Sequence record: LR756511.1
Direction: 5' to 3' (one strand)
Length of the DNA stretch: 64,000 nucleotides
Under the pieces are notes generated by a model. It searched no databases. It saw only the letters and a program-made list of their open reading frames with translations, and was not told where the DNA came from. Below, one piece after another: positions 19,349-29,065 of this stretch; the first letter of the stretch is position 1; the number at the start of each line of letters is the position of its first letter. The position numbers and the translations under genes are program-made.

Positions 19349-19981
19349 ATGTTAAAGGTTGGATGGAAATATTTTTGGGTGATTGGCTCACCACGTTCAG
19401 GCACCACTTTCCTGACAGACTTCATAGGCCAATACACAGATTGTATGTTTAATGAACCGTGGCAAAGCTATCCACTTGAAGAATTTAATAATTGGCACTT
19501 TCCTGATGCTTGCAAATCACTAGTCTTTAAGTATGGCTGCAATTGGAAACGAGGAAACGAAATCCTGCTTCGTTTCCCTCAATCATGTTTCATTCATATT
19601 CTACGAAATCCAGATGATACAATTTATTCGTGGATGCGACCCAAAGAAGATTCTTACCCACCAAGACCATTTGAGGATTATGGTGAACCAGAAACAAAGC
19701 TAAGATTTAAAAACATCGCAGAACAATGGATGGTACAAGTTAAAGGTTGTCTTGAATTTGAAAGACGACATCCAAGAAAGACTATAACCATAAAGTATGA
19801 GCGACTTAAAACAGACATTGATCGCTTAAGACATTTCACGAAACTTCCGTTAGGAAATATTCAATTTCATAACCGAAATCTTTCATCCCAAGAATTAAAG
19901 AATTTGAACGAGTTTTGGGCAGATTTACCAGAAATTCAGGCTTATAAGAAAAAAATTCTCCGTGACTATTATAGTGCATGA
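19349..19981 (+). CDS. sulfotransferase family protein
   Basis: PAPS loop GSPRSGTTFL, NEP, HILRNPDD..S. Confidence 0.8.
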   Translation: MLKVGWKYFWVIGSPRSGTTFLTDFIGQYTDCMFNEPWQSYPLEEFNNWHFPDACKSLVFKYGCNWKRGNEILLRFPQSCFIHILRNPDDTIYSWMRPKEDSYPPRPFEDYGEPETKLRFKNIAEQWMVQVKGCLEFERRHPRKTITIKYERLKTDIDRLRHFTKLPLGNIQFHNRNLSSQELKNLNEFWADLPEIQAYKKKILRDYYSA

Positions 19982-20913
19982 ACACATTAGTCGTTCCTAC
20001 GATCCGAGAACCCAACATTCTAGAATTCTTATTTGAGTGGTCTGATAAGGGCTTCGACAAGATTATCGTTGTTGAGGACAATCCTGAAAGAACATTCAAA
20101 ATACCAGATGATAAGGTTGACCATTATTCGTGGAAAGAGATTGAAAAGGAGTGGGGCGACGACGCCTGGATATTCTCAAGACGAGATAGTGCCATTCGTT
20201 GTTTTGGCTTTTGGAAAGCGTGGACGTTGGATTCCAAAATTATTTTCAGTTTAGATGACGATTGCTACCCGCTTCCTGGCGAGGATTTCCTCCAAGGCCA
20301 TCTTAATAATTTATGTCTCATGCCACAATGGACGGAATCTATTCCAGGCTTGAGAACCCGTGGCTTACCATACTTCAATAAAGGAGAAATAGAAACAGTC
20401 GTTAATATGGGTCTATGGACAAATGTTGCTGACCTCGATGCAATTCAACAGTTGGCAAATCCAATTCCAGACTTCTATCCTATGGTTGAAAATAGAATTA
20501 TCCCACGATATCAATACTTCCCATTCTGCGGAATGAATTTCGCCTTCCGCCGCCGAGTAACCTCCTTAACATACTTCCCGCTTATGGGCGAGGGTAGCCC
20601 TTACCGCCGCTTTGATGATATTTGGTTTGGCATTATCCTTAAAAAAATATGCGATCATCTTGATTGGAATGTTTCAGTCGGGCATCCATTTATAGAGCAT
20701 AAAAAGGCAAGTGATCCAATGGTTAATCTGGTCAAGGAAGCCCCTGGAATTAAGAGGAATGAAACGTTTTGGGAGGTTGTCAATAATATTAGATTAACTC
20801 AAACACATCCAACGGAATGTATGTTTGAAGTTTCAGAGGCATTTAAGGCTGAGGACGACGATTATATTAAGAAACTTGGCAAAGCAATTGAAGTTTGGGC
20901 AAGACGCTTCTAA
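19978..20913 (+). CDS. reversibly glycosylated polypeptide / UDP-arabinopyranose mutase family (GT75)
   Basis: VVPTIR, RRDSAIRCFGF, LDDDCYP, RGLPY, NMGLW..VADLDA, PFCGMNFAF, RFDDIWFG..LKKICDHL, KASDPMVNLVKE. Confidence 0.9.
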   Translation: MNTLVVPTIREPNILEFLFEWSDKGFDKIIVVEDNPERTFKIPDDKVDHYSWKEIEKEWGDDAWIFSRRDSAIRCFGFWKAWTLDSKIIFSLDDDCYPLPGEDFLQGHLNNLCLMPQWTESIPGLRTRGLPYFNKGEIETVVNMGLWTNVADLDAIQQLANPIPDFYPMVENRIIPRYQYFPFCGMNFAFRRRVTSLTYFPLMGEGSPYRRFDDIWFGIILKKICDHLDWNVSVGHPFIEHKKASDPMVNLVKEAPGIKRNETFWEVVNNIRLTQTHPTECMFEVSEAFKAEDDDYIKKLGKAIEVWARRF

Positions 20914-20920
20914 ATAGTGT

Positions 20921-22291
20921 ATGCCTGTACAAAAGACAAATACTGTCCTATCCAATAATATCACGCTAACTGCTGGTGGTGGCAATACAACATCATCGGT
21001 AGCTACTACAACGGTTGGCTGGCACAAAATGGTCCATTTAAAGTTCACAAATGGAGCAACGCCGCCAGCTACAGTTGCATCAGCTATCATTGAAGGAAGT
21101 CCAGATAATTCTAACTGGTACACTTATCAAAGCGGCTTTAATGGATCAACACTGGCCAATGGAGTTAGTTCGTATTCCGTTCTAGTATTTTCCGCAATTC
21201 AATATGTTCGCGTTACATGGACGGCAGGCGATACACAAAACGTTACAGCTAGAGCAGAAGTGTCTGAAGCATTAGAGATAGGTCTTGCCGAATTGGTGTC
21301 TATCTCTAATAGTTCCACCACTCCATTAGGCAGCAATGCGGTCTTTACTGGCACCAACGAGGATATAAGTCTATACAATGCTATAGAAGTTTATGCTTAT
21401 TCTGACAAGGCCAGCGCAACTAATGGATTACAATTAGAATACTCATCTGACGGGGCAAATTGGGACATCATTGACAGTTTCTCCGTGTCAGCATCCACGC
21501 CATTCTATATTCAAACAATTGTTAAAGGACAATATTTCCGTGTGATTTACACGAATGGCGCGATTGCACAAACGGTATTTAGATTACAGATTAAATATAA
21601 ATCTGCTCCTGGCCTTCCTGTGATTCCTGTCGGTACTTCAGATACAACTGCCGTGACCGTTCAAGGACATAGTAGTGGTGTACCAGTCCCTATAAGCGGC
21701 AGTGTTACGGCTAGTGGAACAGTAACCGCCAATGCTGGCACAGGCACTTTTACTGTTGCTCAAACTAATCTTGCAACAGCAGATTATGACACTGGTGCTG
21801 GAACACAAACAGAATCTATGATTGGCATAGCTTTACCAGCAAGCGGAGGCGCTGTTGCTGGTGGTACATCATCAAACCCAATTAGAATTGATCCAACTGG
21901 CACAACAACACAACCTGTTAGTGGAACAGTGACTGCACAGCAGTCAACAGCAACAAACTTAAAAGGAACAATTCAGCTATTGCCATCGACTCAATTAACA
22001 AGTGCATCTGTTAGTTTCTCGGCTAGTGGTGACAACACAATTGTAAGTGCAGTTGCGGCGCAGGTGATTAAAGTGTATCGCATAATGTTTACTGTAACTG
22101 GTGCTGTAAATATTACATTTAAAAATGGTTCAACCGCCCTTTCAGGAGCAATGCCTTTCGCTGCAAATGGTGGTATTGTTTTAGACTTTTCAGGCGAGCC
22201 GTGGTGGACGTGTTCTACCAATACAGCGTTTATAATTAACCTATCTACAGGAACTCAAGTATCAGGTCAAATTTGGTATATCCAGGCATAG
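20921..22291 (+). CDS. Thr/Ser/Gly-rich multi-domain putative virion protein
   Basis: beta-rich low-charge composition; TAAATA box 4 nt before ATG. Confidence 0.6.
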   Translation: MPVQKTNTVLSNNITLTAGGGNTTSSVATTTVGWHKMVHLKFTNGATPPATVASAIIEGSPDNSNWYTYQSGFNGSTLANGVSSYSVLVFSAIQYVRVTWTAGDTQNVTARAEVSEALEIGLAELVSISNSSTTPLGSNAVFTGTNEDISLYNAIEVYAYSDKASATNGLQLEYSSDGANWDIIDSFSVSASTPFYIQTIVKGQYFRVIYTNGAIAQTVFRLQIKYKSAPGLPVIPVGTSDTTAVTVQGHSSGVPVPISGSVTASGTVTANAGTGTFTVAQTNLATADYDTGAGTQTESMIGIALPASGGAVAGGTSSNPIRIDPTGTTTQPVSGTVTAQQSTATNLKGTIQLLPSTQLTSASVSFSASGDNTIVSAVAAQVIKVYRIMFTVTGAVNITFKNGSTALSGAMPFAANGGIVLDFSGEPWWTCSTNTAFIINLSTGTQVSGQIWYIQA

Positions 22292-22312
22292 ATACCATTA
22301 TCAAGGAGGATA

Positions 22313-23116
22313 ATGGCGCCAAGAAGGGTGTTTATATTTGGTTGTCACCGCTCTGGAACAACCATGATGAGACTAATCCTAAACTCGCACAAATCAATTC
22401 ATTGTTTTGATGAGTGGAAAAGCTATACTTGCGTTCAAGAGGACAAATACGAAAACGAAAAAAATGCTCCCGTTGTCGGCCTGAAAATGCCGAACTGGAC
22501 AGAATACATTGTCGAATCTGAACGCCATTCCAAGCATTATCGCGGCGACCCAATCATTTTCATGTTCCGTGATGTAAGAGCCTGCATCGCCTCTATGTTA
22601 ACCTTAGCGACTGGCAATGGTTGCTTTTTCAATGGCGTTCAAGAAGCAATTGATATTAAATGGAAAGACGACCCATACAGAAAGTTCTGGCCAGCACATG
22701 AGGTTGAACTTAACAAGATTGAACAGATGAGTGAACCAAAACATCGCAAAGCGGCTTTATACTGGCGTTATAAGACTAGCAGATATTTAGAAATGGTTCG
22801 CAAGGGGTATTGCGTATTTCCTATTCATTATGATCTATTTGTTCTAAATCCTAAGTCTCATTTAACCTTACTTATGGATTTCTTGGGACTGGAATGGGAC
22901 GATCACTTATTACAGCATCACTTGCGAGAGCATGATGAGGTTTATAATGGATTGGCGGTTGGCAATACGCTTGTTAATCGCTCAATTGATGCCAATTCGG
23001 TCGATAAGTGGAAAGAGGTTCTTACGTCTGAGCAAGAGAATGCTATCTTGGAGACGGCGAGAGTTTGGAATAATTATGCGTCGATTCATGGATTAGAAGC
23101 CCATATGTCAATTTGA
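22313..23116 (+). CDS. sulfotransferase family protein
   Basis: GCHRSGTTMMRLILNSH, FRDVR..IAS, LMDFLGLEW, SVDKWK. Confidence 0.85.
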   Translation: MAPRRVFIFGCHRSGTTMMRLILNSHKSIHCFDEWKSYTCVQEDKYENEKNAPVVGLKMPNWTEYIVESERHSKHYRGDPIIFMFRDVRACIASMLTLATGNGCFFNGVQEAIDIKWKDDPYRKFWPAHEVELNKIEQMSEPKHRKAALYWRYKTSRYLEMVRKGYCVFPIHYDLFVLNPKSHLTLLMDFLGLEWDDHLLQHHLREHDEVYNGLAVGNTLVNRSIDANSVDKWKEVLTSEQENAILETARVWNNYASIHGLEAHMSI

Positions 23117-23325
23117 CGCTGTGCCTCCGCTTCAGAGTTGTAATATCCTGTGTATTCGCCCGTTTGTGGGTTCCAAGCAGAGATTCGCCAGCAACCATCG
23201 TTATGTAAGTAACGAAAGGTATCTGACGAATCTCCCTTGATTACGTAAAACTTCCCAAAATGTTCCACATATGGGTTGCTTTGACAATATATTTTCGGCC
23301 TTCTATCAAGCCAATAATTCCTCAT
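23086..23325 (-). CDS. hypothetical protein
   Basis: 79 aa coupled ORF. Confidence 0.5.
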   Translation of the reverse strand: MRNYWLDRRPKIYCQSNPYVEHFGKFYVIKGDSSDTFRYLHNDGCWRISAWNPQTGEYTGYYNSEAEAQRQIDIWASNP

Positions 23326-24263
23326 ACGCCTGCTTTATTAATAAGGGTTCTTACCTCTTGTAAGACTTCCTTATATTTATCTGGCAGGACCACACAATTT
23401 TCCATTGAGGAATAATGACATTCCATACATTCGGTTAAAATCTTCTTGATTTTAGCCTTCTGCGGCTTTTCTGGCAAGTCGCTCTTAACACGCATAGCTT
23501 CCAATTGTCTCTCTTTGTCTGACACCCATGCTTTAACTTCCTGTTCTTTCATGTCGCCACGACGAATTGCCTTCAGTTGCTCATTATTCTTCCTTAAATC
23601 GAGCGTTCCAGTCGTTAGAATTTGTTCACATTCATTAAGAAGGCGAACTAAATTATAACCGAACTTAACATCGAAGCCAAATTCGTCACGAAGTTTCTTA
23701 CGCTTACTTCCTTCTGCTGGATTTTTCGTGTCCATTTTGTGAACTTGGCTGTAGGCGTAGTTCTTGAACGTGTCAAAGCAACCCTTGTGAAGAAAAACCT
23801 CCCTGTTGCTTCGAACAATATTTGCAACCTGTGTTGCGTGCAAGACGCATTCTTGCGAAGTAAACAGGCTGTCAATAAAGTTTGGGTTGTTCGTATACAA
23901 CAAATGAAAGAACTTGATGATATTAAAGACAGAGAAATCATATTCTCTACCTTTTCCCTTTAACGCACTTGCATCAACGATTCCATGCTGAATCCATTGT
24001 GCAAATGGATGAAAAGTATCATCAAATGCAAACGATGCTGCCGTCTGATCCTTATTTGGGGGAATAGTGTATAATCCCTGCAAATGAGGAAAAGCGCGTT
24101 CCTTTGGCGGGATAGCGAAGCCGTAGATGTCCATGTCGCTAGAATCGCTACTGACACCATAAGAGAAACTGCCCATGATCGTAAGATAATGGGTGTTCGT
24201 GAGGAGCCATTCTTCCTCCTCAATCCTAATCAGCTTTTTTTCATATAGTTCTTGGAGAATCAT
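23322..24263 (-). CDS. DNA polymerase beta-superfamily nucleotidyltransferase (YcgL/Nuc-transf type)
   Basis: GSFSYGVSSDSSDMDIYG, KFFHLLYTNNPNFIDSL, KFGYNLVRLL. Confidence 0.85.
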   Translation of the reverse strand: MILQELYEKKLIRIEEEEWLLTNTHYLTIMGSFSYGVSSDSSDMDIYGFAIPPKERAFPHLQGLYTIPPNKDQTAASFAFDDTFHPFAQWIQHGIVDASALKGKGREYDFSVFNIIKFFHLLYTNNPNFIDSLFTSQECVLHATQVANIVRSNREVFLHKGCFDTFKNYAYSQVHKMDTKNPAEGSKRKKLRDEFGFDVKFGYNLVRLLNECEQILTTGTLDLRKNNEQLKAIRRGDMKEQEVKAWVSDKERQLEAMRVKSDLPEKPQKAKIKKILTECMECHYSSMENCVVLPDKYKEVLQEVRTLINKAGV

Positions 24264-24265
24264 AC

Positions 24266-24832
24266 TCACTCCCACTTATGGTAATTGGTGTAATACGCAT
24301 ACCCACCATGAAGTCTGTTGTTAGTCAAAAATACTTCCAGCGACGGATACCGTTCTTTCATTATCTGTGGCGTTAAATCTGGTTGTAGATGAATTTCACT
24401 TTCTACAGTCCATTTCTTACCTTGCCATTCAAACGATGCTCCCTGCGGATGTAAGTATGGTACAGCTGCAAGACACTTGATCTTCTTTGAGCTTATATCA
24501 GAAATCAAGCTCACAGCGTCCGCAACTGCCAAATGTTCTAGGACATCGCCAAGGATGATGTAGTCGTATTGATTGTAGTTAAACTTCAATATATCGCAAC
24601 AGTGAACTTTCTTATAGACTTCATGAAGTTTGTATTCGTCAATGTAAGGCTGATGGATTTCTAAGCCTTCAACGTTTAAATCTTTTAAGGCTCTGCCATA
24701 GCCGCCGTCGCCAGCACCAACATCCAAGATGAAACAATCGGCTCTCGCAAATGGAAGGCTGCACATCTTCGAAACTATAAATCTAATGTGTTCGTAAATC
24801 GCGTCTTTAAACATTGGTGTGCTTGTTGGCAT
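24266..24832 (-). CDS. class I SAM-dependent methyltransferase
   Basis: ILDVGAGDG, GDVLEHL. Confidence 0.75.
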   Translation of the reverse strand: MPTSTPMFKDAIYEHIRFIVSKMCSLPFARADCFILDVGAGDGGYGRALKDLNVEGLEIHQPYIDEYKLHEVYKKVHCCDILKFNYNQYDYIILGDVLEHLAVADAVSLISDISSKKIKCLAAVPYLHPQGASFEWQGKKWTVESEIHLQPDLTPQIMKERYPSLEVFLTNNRLHGGYAYYTNYHKWE

Positions 24833-24834
24833 TT

Positions 24835-25614
24835 CTATCTCCCTAATATTTGATTTGCTACTTTCATTATCAATGATTCATTGTCTTTGTAATTTGGACA
24901 ATGACAATCTATAAACCCATCTAGGTTAATCTTACCCCGAAGATTAAGAGAAAATATAGCACTGTTTGAAAAGTCAGTTTTTTCTATCCTGTCTTTAAGA
25001 TGGAAATTGGACGAATAGCCTCTTTTTAACTTGTGAACTTTAACACCATGATTAAAGCTATCTACTTGTTGAGAAAAATAAAGCTCGTCAGCAATGGTAC
25101 ATTGGTCAAAAAACCTGCAAAAATTTTTTATATAGTCAACAAACGAACAATCTGTGCCCAAAACTTTCCTGAATGTAATTCCTTTGCCTGCTACATAACA
25201 AATGGGGTATCTTCCTGAAGCAAACTCTCCGACACACTCAGGTCTTGAACTATCATAAGCATCACTGGAATAAATCACAAAATCATCATCAGGAATATGC
25301 CTCACTGTTTTATGAACATAATTTCTGTCGAATAAAAACATATCAATATCAGACATAAGGCACACGTCAGTCAGGAAATATCGCGTGGCATACATCCTAA
25401 TAATTTGTGCCTGAAAACACGTAGGATAACCAGGAACACTCTTGACCTTCTTTATGATGCCAAACTTATCTGTGTGAAAATCAGATTCTTCATCTGTTAT
25501 ATGAAACAGAAATGGCTCAAGGCCCAATCGCTTGACACAAATTTCAGAGTTGATTTTCCAAAAATCAAGATAGCCACTATCATCGGAAGCAAATATGATG
25601 TTTTTTATTTGCAT
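24835..25614 (-). CDS. glycosyltransferase-like protein
   Basis: DxD motif CLMSDIDM; YPICY; DE motif. Confidence 0.5.
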   Translation of the reverse strand: MQIKNIIFASDDSGYLDFWKINSEICVKRLGLEPFLFHITDEESDFHTDKFGIIKKVKSVPGYPTCFQAQIIRMYATRYFLTDVCLMSDIDMFLFDRNYVHKTVRHIPDDDFVIYSSDAYDSSRPECVGEFASGRYPICYVAGKGITFRKVLGTDCSFVDYIKNFCRFFDQCTIADELYFSQQVDSFNHGVKVHKLKRGYSSNFHLKDRIEKTDFSNSAIFSLNLRGKINLDGFIDCHCPNYKDNESLIMKVANQILGR

Positions 25615-25780
25615 GACTTAACCGCAACGGCCACTGTATAACCACAAAGAAATGCGAAATTCACAATTAGATTTCTTTGGCTTAACTGAAACAGATCATC
25701 AAAGTGACAAAACAAATCAATAGCGGCATTCTCGTCTGTTTGGCGAAGGTGTGCCACCAATTCCGCAGCCCGCTCTATAG

Positions 25781-25984
25781 TCATACGAGTTCTAGATTAT
25801 CTTTTTCGACAGTAAATTCTCGACACTGAACGATTTTATAGGCGATTATCTCAAATTCAACATCAACCCAAGTGCCTTGAATGCTTTTTATCTTGCCTAC
25901 TTTGCCATCTAACTGCTTATCTGGACCTATATAACGAACTCTTTTTCCTGGTCTGAATGCTCTGATGAGCCAGAAGTTTCTCAT
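25781..25984 (-). CDS. small SH3/KOW-like hypothetical protein
   Basis: GKRVRY..GKVGKIKSIQG..VDVEF. Confidence 0.5.
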   Translation of the reverse strand: MRNFWLIRAFRPGKRVRYIGPDKQLDGKVGKIKSIQGTWVDVEFEIIAYKIVQCREFTVEKDNLELV

Positions 25985-26520
25985 ACTATAATATCAGTAA
26001 TATTTAATACAGACTTGAAAGGAATTCCTTTTTCCTTGAACAGCATGTGTGCGCCCTGGTTTCTGTCAAGAACCGAAATAACTTGGACAACTTCTGCCGC
26101 TTTCTGAACTTCTTCTATTGCTCGCAAAAGTGAACCGCCTGTCGTTGTCACATCTTCTACTAAAACAACTTTATCTTTTTCTTGCAAGTGACCTTCGACT
26201 AATTCCTGCTTTCCGTAACCTTTTATTTCCTTGCGAACAAAAAAGCCTTTCATAGACCAGCCAGAATCGTGCATCAAGGTAAGAACACCAGAAATAATAG
26301 GGATTGCACCATATGCAGGGCCACCAACCGCATTAATTTCTCTCCACGAATCAACTTCCTCAATAACTGCGGATGCGATCAAGGAAAGACCAACCGAATC
26401 CAATACAACTTTACTTAAATCAATATAATAATCACTCGTTTGACCGCTTGCTAGCGTGAACTTCCCCTTGGTTAACGCCTTTTGACGGATTAGTTGAATC
26501 AGTTCGTCCCTCATGTTCAC
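25981..26520 (-). CDS. pyrE: orotate phosphoribosyltransferase
   Basis: FTLASGQTSDYYID, RKEIKGYG, LVEDVTTTGGSL. Confidence 0.95.
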   Translation of the reverse strand: MNMRDELIQLIRQKALTKGKFTLASGQTSDYYIDLSKVVLDSVGLSLIASAVIEEVDSWREINAVGGPAYGAIPIISGVLTLMHDSGWSMKGFFVRKEIKGYGKQELVEGHLQEKDKVVLVEDVTTTGGSLLRAIEEVQKAAEVVQVISVLDRNQGAHMLFKEKGIPFKSVLNITDIIV

Positions 26521-26582
26521 TTTCCAATTTGGCTAATTTAAAATCTATTTTAACCAATTTGCCATAGATTTCAACCAATTTA

Positions 26583-27110
26583 TTAATAATCCCTTCCATT
26601 ATCCTCCTTGATGCCACCTGGAAGTCCCATAAATCCTACTCCGAACATACTAGCAAAATCTGTTGTCCAGAAAGTGCCTGATGCTCCAAATCCCACATCC
26701 CTGAAACTTGGATTCTCGATATTAGCTCTATGTCCTGGCGAATTTAACCATAATTGGAACACGCCTTGTGGCGTTTGTGATCCCATAGCAATATTTTCGC
26801 CATAAGCTCGCCATATGTAACCTTCTGCCGAAATTCTATCCCCTGGACCTTTACCGTTCTCGAAATGATTCATTGTATTGTTTTCATGCATCCAGTTGCT
26901 ATGCTTTTGTGCCGCTGTATTTAACAAGGGATTTAAATTAAGCATACTAAGCCCCAAACCTTGCCTGTGTTGATTGTGTAATTGCAATAATACGGACGTA
27001 AAATTGCTAGGTGGAGGTGAAGGAGGGGTTGGAGTAGGTTGCGGAGTTGGTTTTACAATAATGCTAATTATAGAATTCAATATTTGCGAAATGAAATTGC
27101 TAAAACTCAT
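26583..27110 (-). CDS. CAP (SCP/allergen V5) domain protein
   Basis: HNQHR..GL, AAQKHS, GENIA, WLNSPGHRANI. Confidence 0.9.
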   Translation of the reverse strand: MSFSNFISQILNSIISIIVKPTPQPTPTPPSPPPSNFTSVLLQLHNQHRQGLGLSMLNLNPLLNTAAQKHSNWMHENNTMNHFENGKGPGDRISAEGYIWRAYGENIAMGSQTPQGVFQLWLNSPGHRANIENPSFRDVGFGASGTFWTTDFASMFGVGFMGLPGGIKEDNGRDY

Positions 27111-27135
27111 ACCCTATGTAGGATGGGTACATAAA

Positions 27136-27168
27136 AAACCCGCAGGAGTTTTAGGCTCCTGCGGGTTT
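27136..27168. terminator. intrinsic terminator
   Basis: aaacccgcaggag-ttttagg-ctcctgcgggttt with flanking A-run. Confidence 0.8.
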
Positions 27169-27181
27169 AAATTTACATTAT

Positions 27182-27841
27182 CTAGGCATCGTCGCCCATA
27201 TCGTGAATTAGCTCCGTCTCCCAATATGCAACTCCGAGAATTGCTTCCCAAGACTTGCATCGGTAATCGCCCTTATAGAAGGTGAAGTGTGGCTTCTTTG
27301 GCTTCTTTAAGAGCTTCATACCGCATTCCTCTGGAGTACGGTCTGCCTTCTTCTTGTTGCAACGAGTGCAAGCAAGAACGCAATTTTCCCAAGTGGTCTT
27401 TCCACCACGGGAACGCGGCAGAATATGGTCAATACTTAGCTCGTCCGTCCCTGGCTTGCATCTGCAATATTGACAAGTATTTGCGTCACGACGGTAAATC
27501 GTCCTACGGCTGAAATGCACCCTTTGCTGAGGTAACTTATCATAACTGCTCAACAGAATGATTTCAGGAATACGGAAGCTTTGATGAGCGCTATGAATCA
27601 CAGGCTCACCATCCCGTAGGATTAAGTGCGACCATGATTCATCTGGCTTATCAGGATTGTTCCACTCAAAGAGCTTGAAATCCTGAGTAGGATCAAGAAT
27701 CCTTGCCTTTGCTGGACTACGCTTTACGCCTACCGTATCATCCGTCCAAACCATCGCCATCGCGTCTCTAAGCGTAACAATTGCAATCGGATTCCAACCC
27801 CTATTTAACACCAGCACCTTACGTTGCGTCAGCAAACTCAT
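27182..27841 (-). CDS. HNH endonuclease
   Basis: VLVLNRGW, RRTIYRRD..CQYC, SIDHILPRSRGG..WENCVLAC..CN..K. Confidence 0.9.
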   Translation of the reverse strand: MSLLTQRKVLVLNRGWNPIAIVTLRDAMAMVWTDDTVGVKRSPAKARILDPTQDFKLFEWNNPDKPDESWSHLILRDGEPVIHSAHQSFRIPEIILLSSYDKLPQQRVHFSRRTIYRRDANTCQYCRCKPGTDELSIDHILPRSRGGKTTWENCVLACTRCNKKKADRTPEECGMKLLKKPKKPHFTFYKGDYRCKSWEAILGVAYWETELIHDMGDDA

Positions 27842-27866
27842 AAAATCCTCCCTTCCTTTATCTATG

Positions 27867-28319
27867 TCATGTTGCCCCCCTTTTTTCAATACCTTCGGGG
27901 GTAGTGACCCATTCTTGATTTAGCATCGTAGCCAAATCCCAAAGCATTCCAGTTATTTCGCTTTCTTCAAGCTCATAATCCTCCGCTTCGCTTTTAGACG
28001 TCCTATTTTCAACGAGCAAATTCATAAGCGTCAATGAAATAGGAATACGATGTCCCTGGAGACAGTTCTGCCCGCCGCGAACCTCCTGATCCGACATTAT
28101 ATGTTTTGTATTGATTTTAAGCAAACAAAGTTCATTCACTAAATCTATCCACGCCGCCTTAATATTATCATAGTTAATATCGAAATCTTCTGAAATTTCG
28201 CGCAAGGTTCGCCCATCCGCAAGCTCTCCAAGCAATTGCGCAATAGTAAACCTATGTCCACGAATGCACGGTTTTCCACCGAGCCTTCCTGCTTCAGTCC
28301 AAATTCCTATTGTGTTCAT
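27867..28319 (-). CDS. tandem DUF433 domain protein (VapB45-like antitoxin fold)
   Basis: GGKPCIRGHRFTI..LL and second copy GGQNCLQGHRIPI. Confidence 0.8.
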   Translation of the reverse strand: MNTIGIWTEAGRLGGKPCIRGHRFTIAQLLGELADGRTLREISEDFDINYDNIKAAWIDLVNELCLLKINTKHIMSDQEVRGGQNCLQGHRIPISLTLMNLLVENRTSKSEAEDYELEESEITGMLWDLATMLNQEWVTTPEGIEKRGAT

Positions 28320-28556
28320 GACACACCCTTCTTTGAAAGGTTCAGCCCGCAATCTTTGCAGTATTTTTCAGGCGGTGTCTCTCTGAAACCGTCTGTATGA
28401 TCTACGTTGACATGCGGACATAATTTACGCAAAGCCGCAATTTGTTCGACCACGATATTTCGCTGGCCGCCAACTTGTCTTTTAAAAAACACAATTCGAC
28501 TTTTACGGATTCAGGAGTCATAACGCCTCCATTGTACAGCTGCAAGTCCCACCAAC

Positions 28557-28584
28557 AACTTACTACAAATAGTCAGAAAGTAAA
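28557..28584 (-). promoter_or_regulatory. phage early-type promoter TTTACT-N12-GTAG-TAAGTT
   Basis: copy of the recurrent motif. Confidence 0.6.
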
Positions 28585-28648
28585 GAAAAATTAAGTTGCG
28601 GGGCATAACTAATGGTGAAAATTCTTTTCTAATGCAAAGGGTGCAAAT

Positions 28649-29056
28649 ATGGCTAATGCTCTTTACACAAAAGGCAGGCAGGCTTTCCTAGATGGAGGTG
28701 TTTCCTGGTCCTCTGATACGATCAAGGTATCGCTAGTTAGCTCTGGTTATACTCCTAATCTTTCGACACACCAATATGTGTCTGATGTTACAGGTGCGGG
28801 TGGCACACTGGTTGCTACTCAGACCCTTGGTTCAAAAACATCAACTGGCGGTACAGCAAATGCTGCCAATGTTACATTTCCATCGGTAACTGGTGCTGTA
28901 TGTAATTATTTATTACTTTACAAGGACACAGGCAGTCCAAGCACAAGTCCGTTGATCGCTTTAATTGATTCGGCTGTTAATTTGCCTGTCACACCTGTTG
29001 GCTCCAACATTAATATTTCGTGGGATACTGGTACTTATAAAATCTTTGAACTATAA
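28649..29056 (+). CDS. putative virion (tail-associated) protein
   Basis: MANALY.KG...SDTIKVSLV..YTPNL..H..VSD pattern typical of phage minor tail proteins. Confidence 0.65.
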   Translation: MANALYTKGRQAFLDGGVSWSSDTIKVSLVSSGYTPNLSTHQYVSDVTGAGGTLVATQTLGSKTSTGGTANAANVTFPSVTGAVCNYLLLYKDTGSPSTSPLIALIDSAVNLPVTPVGSNINISWDTGTYKIFEL

Positions 29057-29065
29057 GGAAATAAT

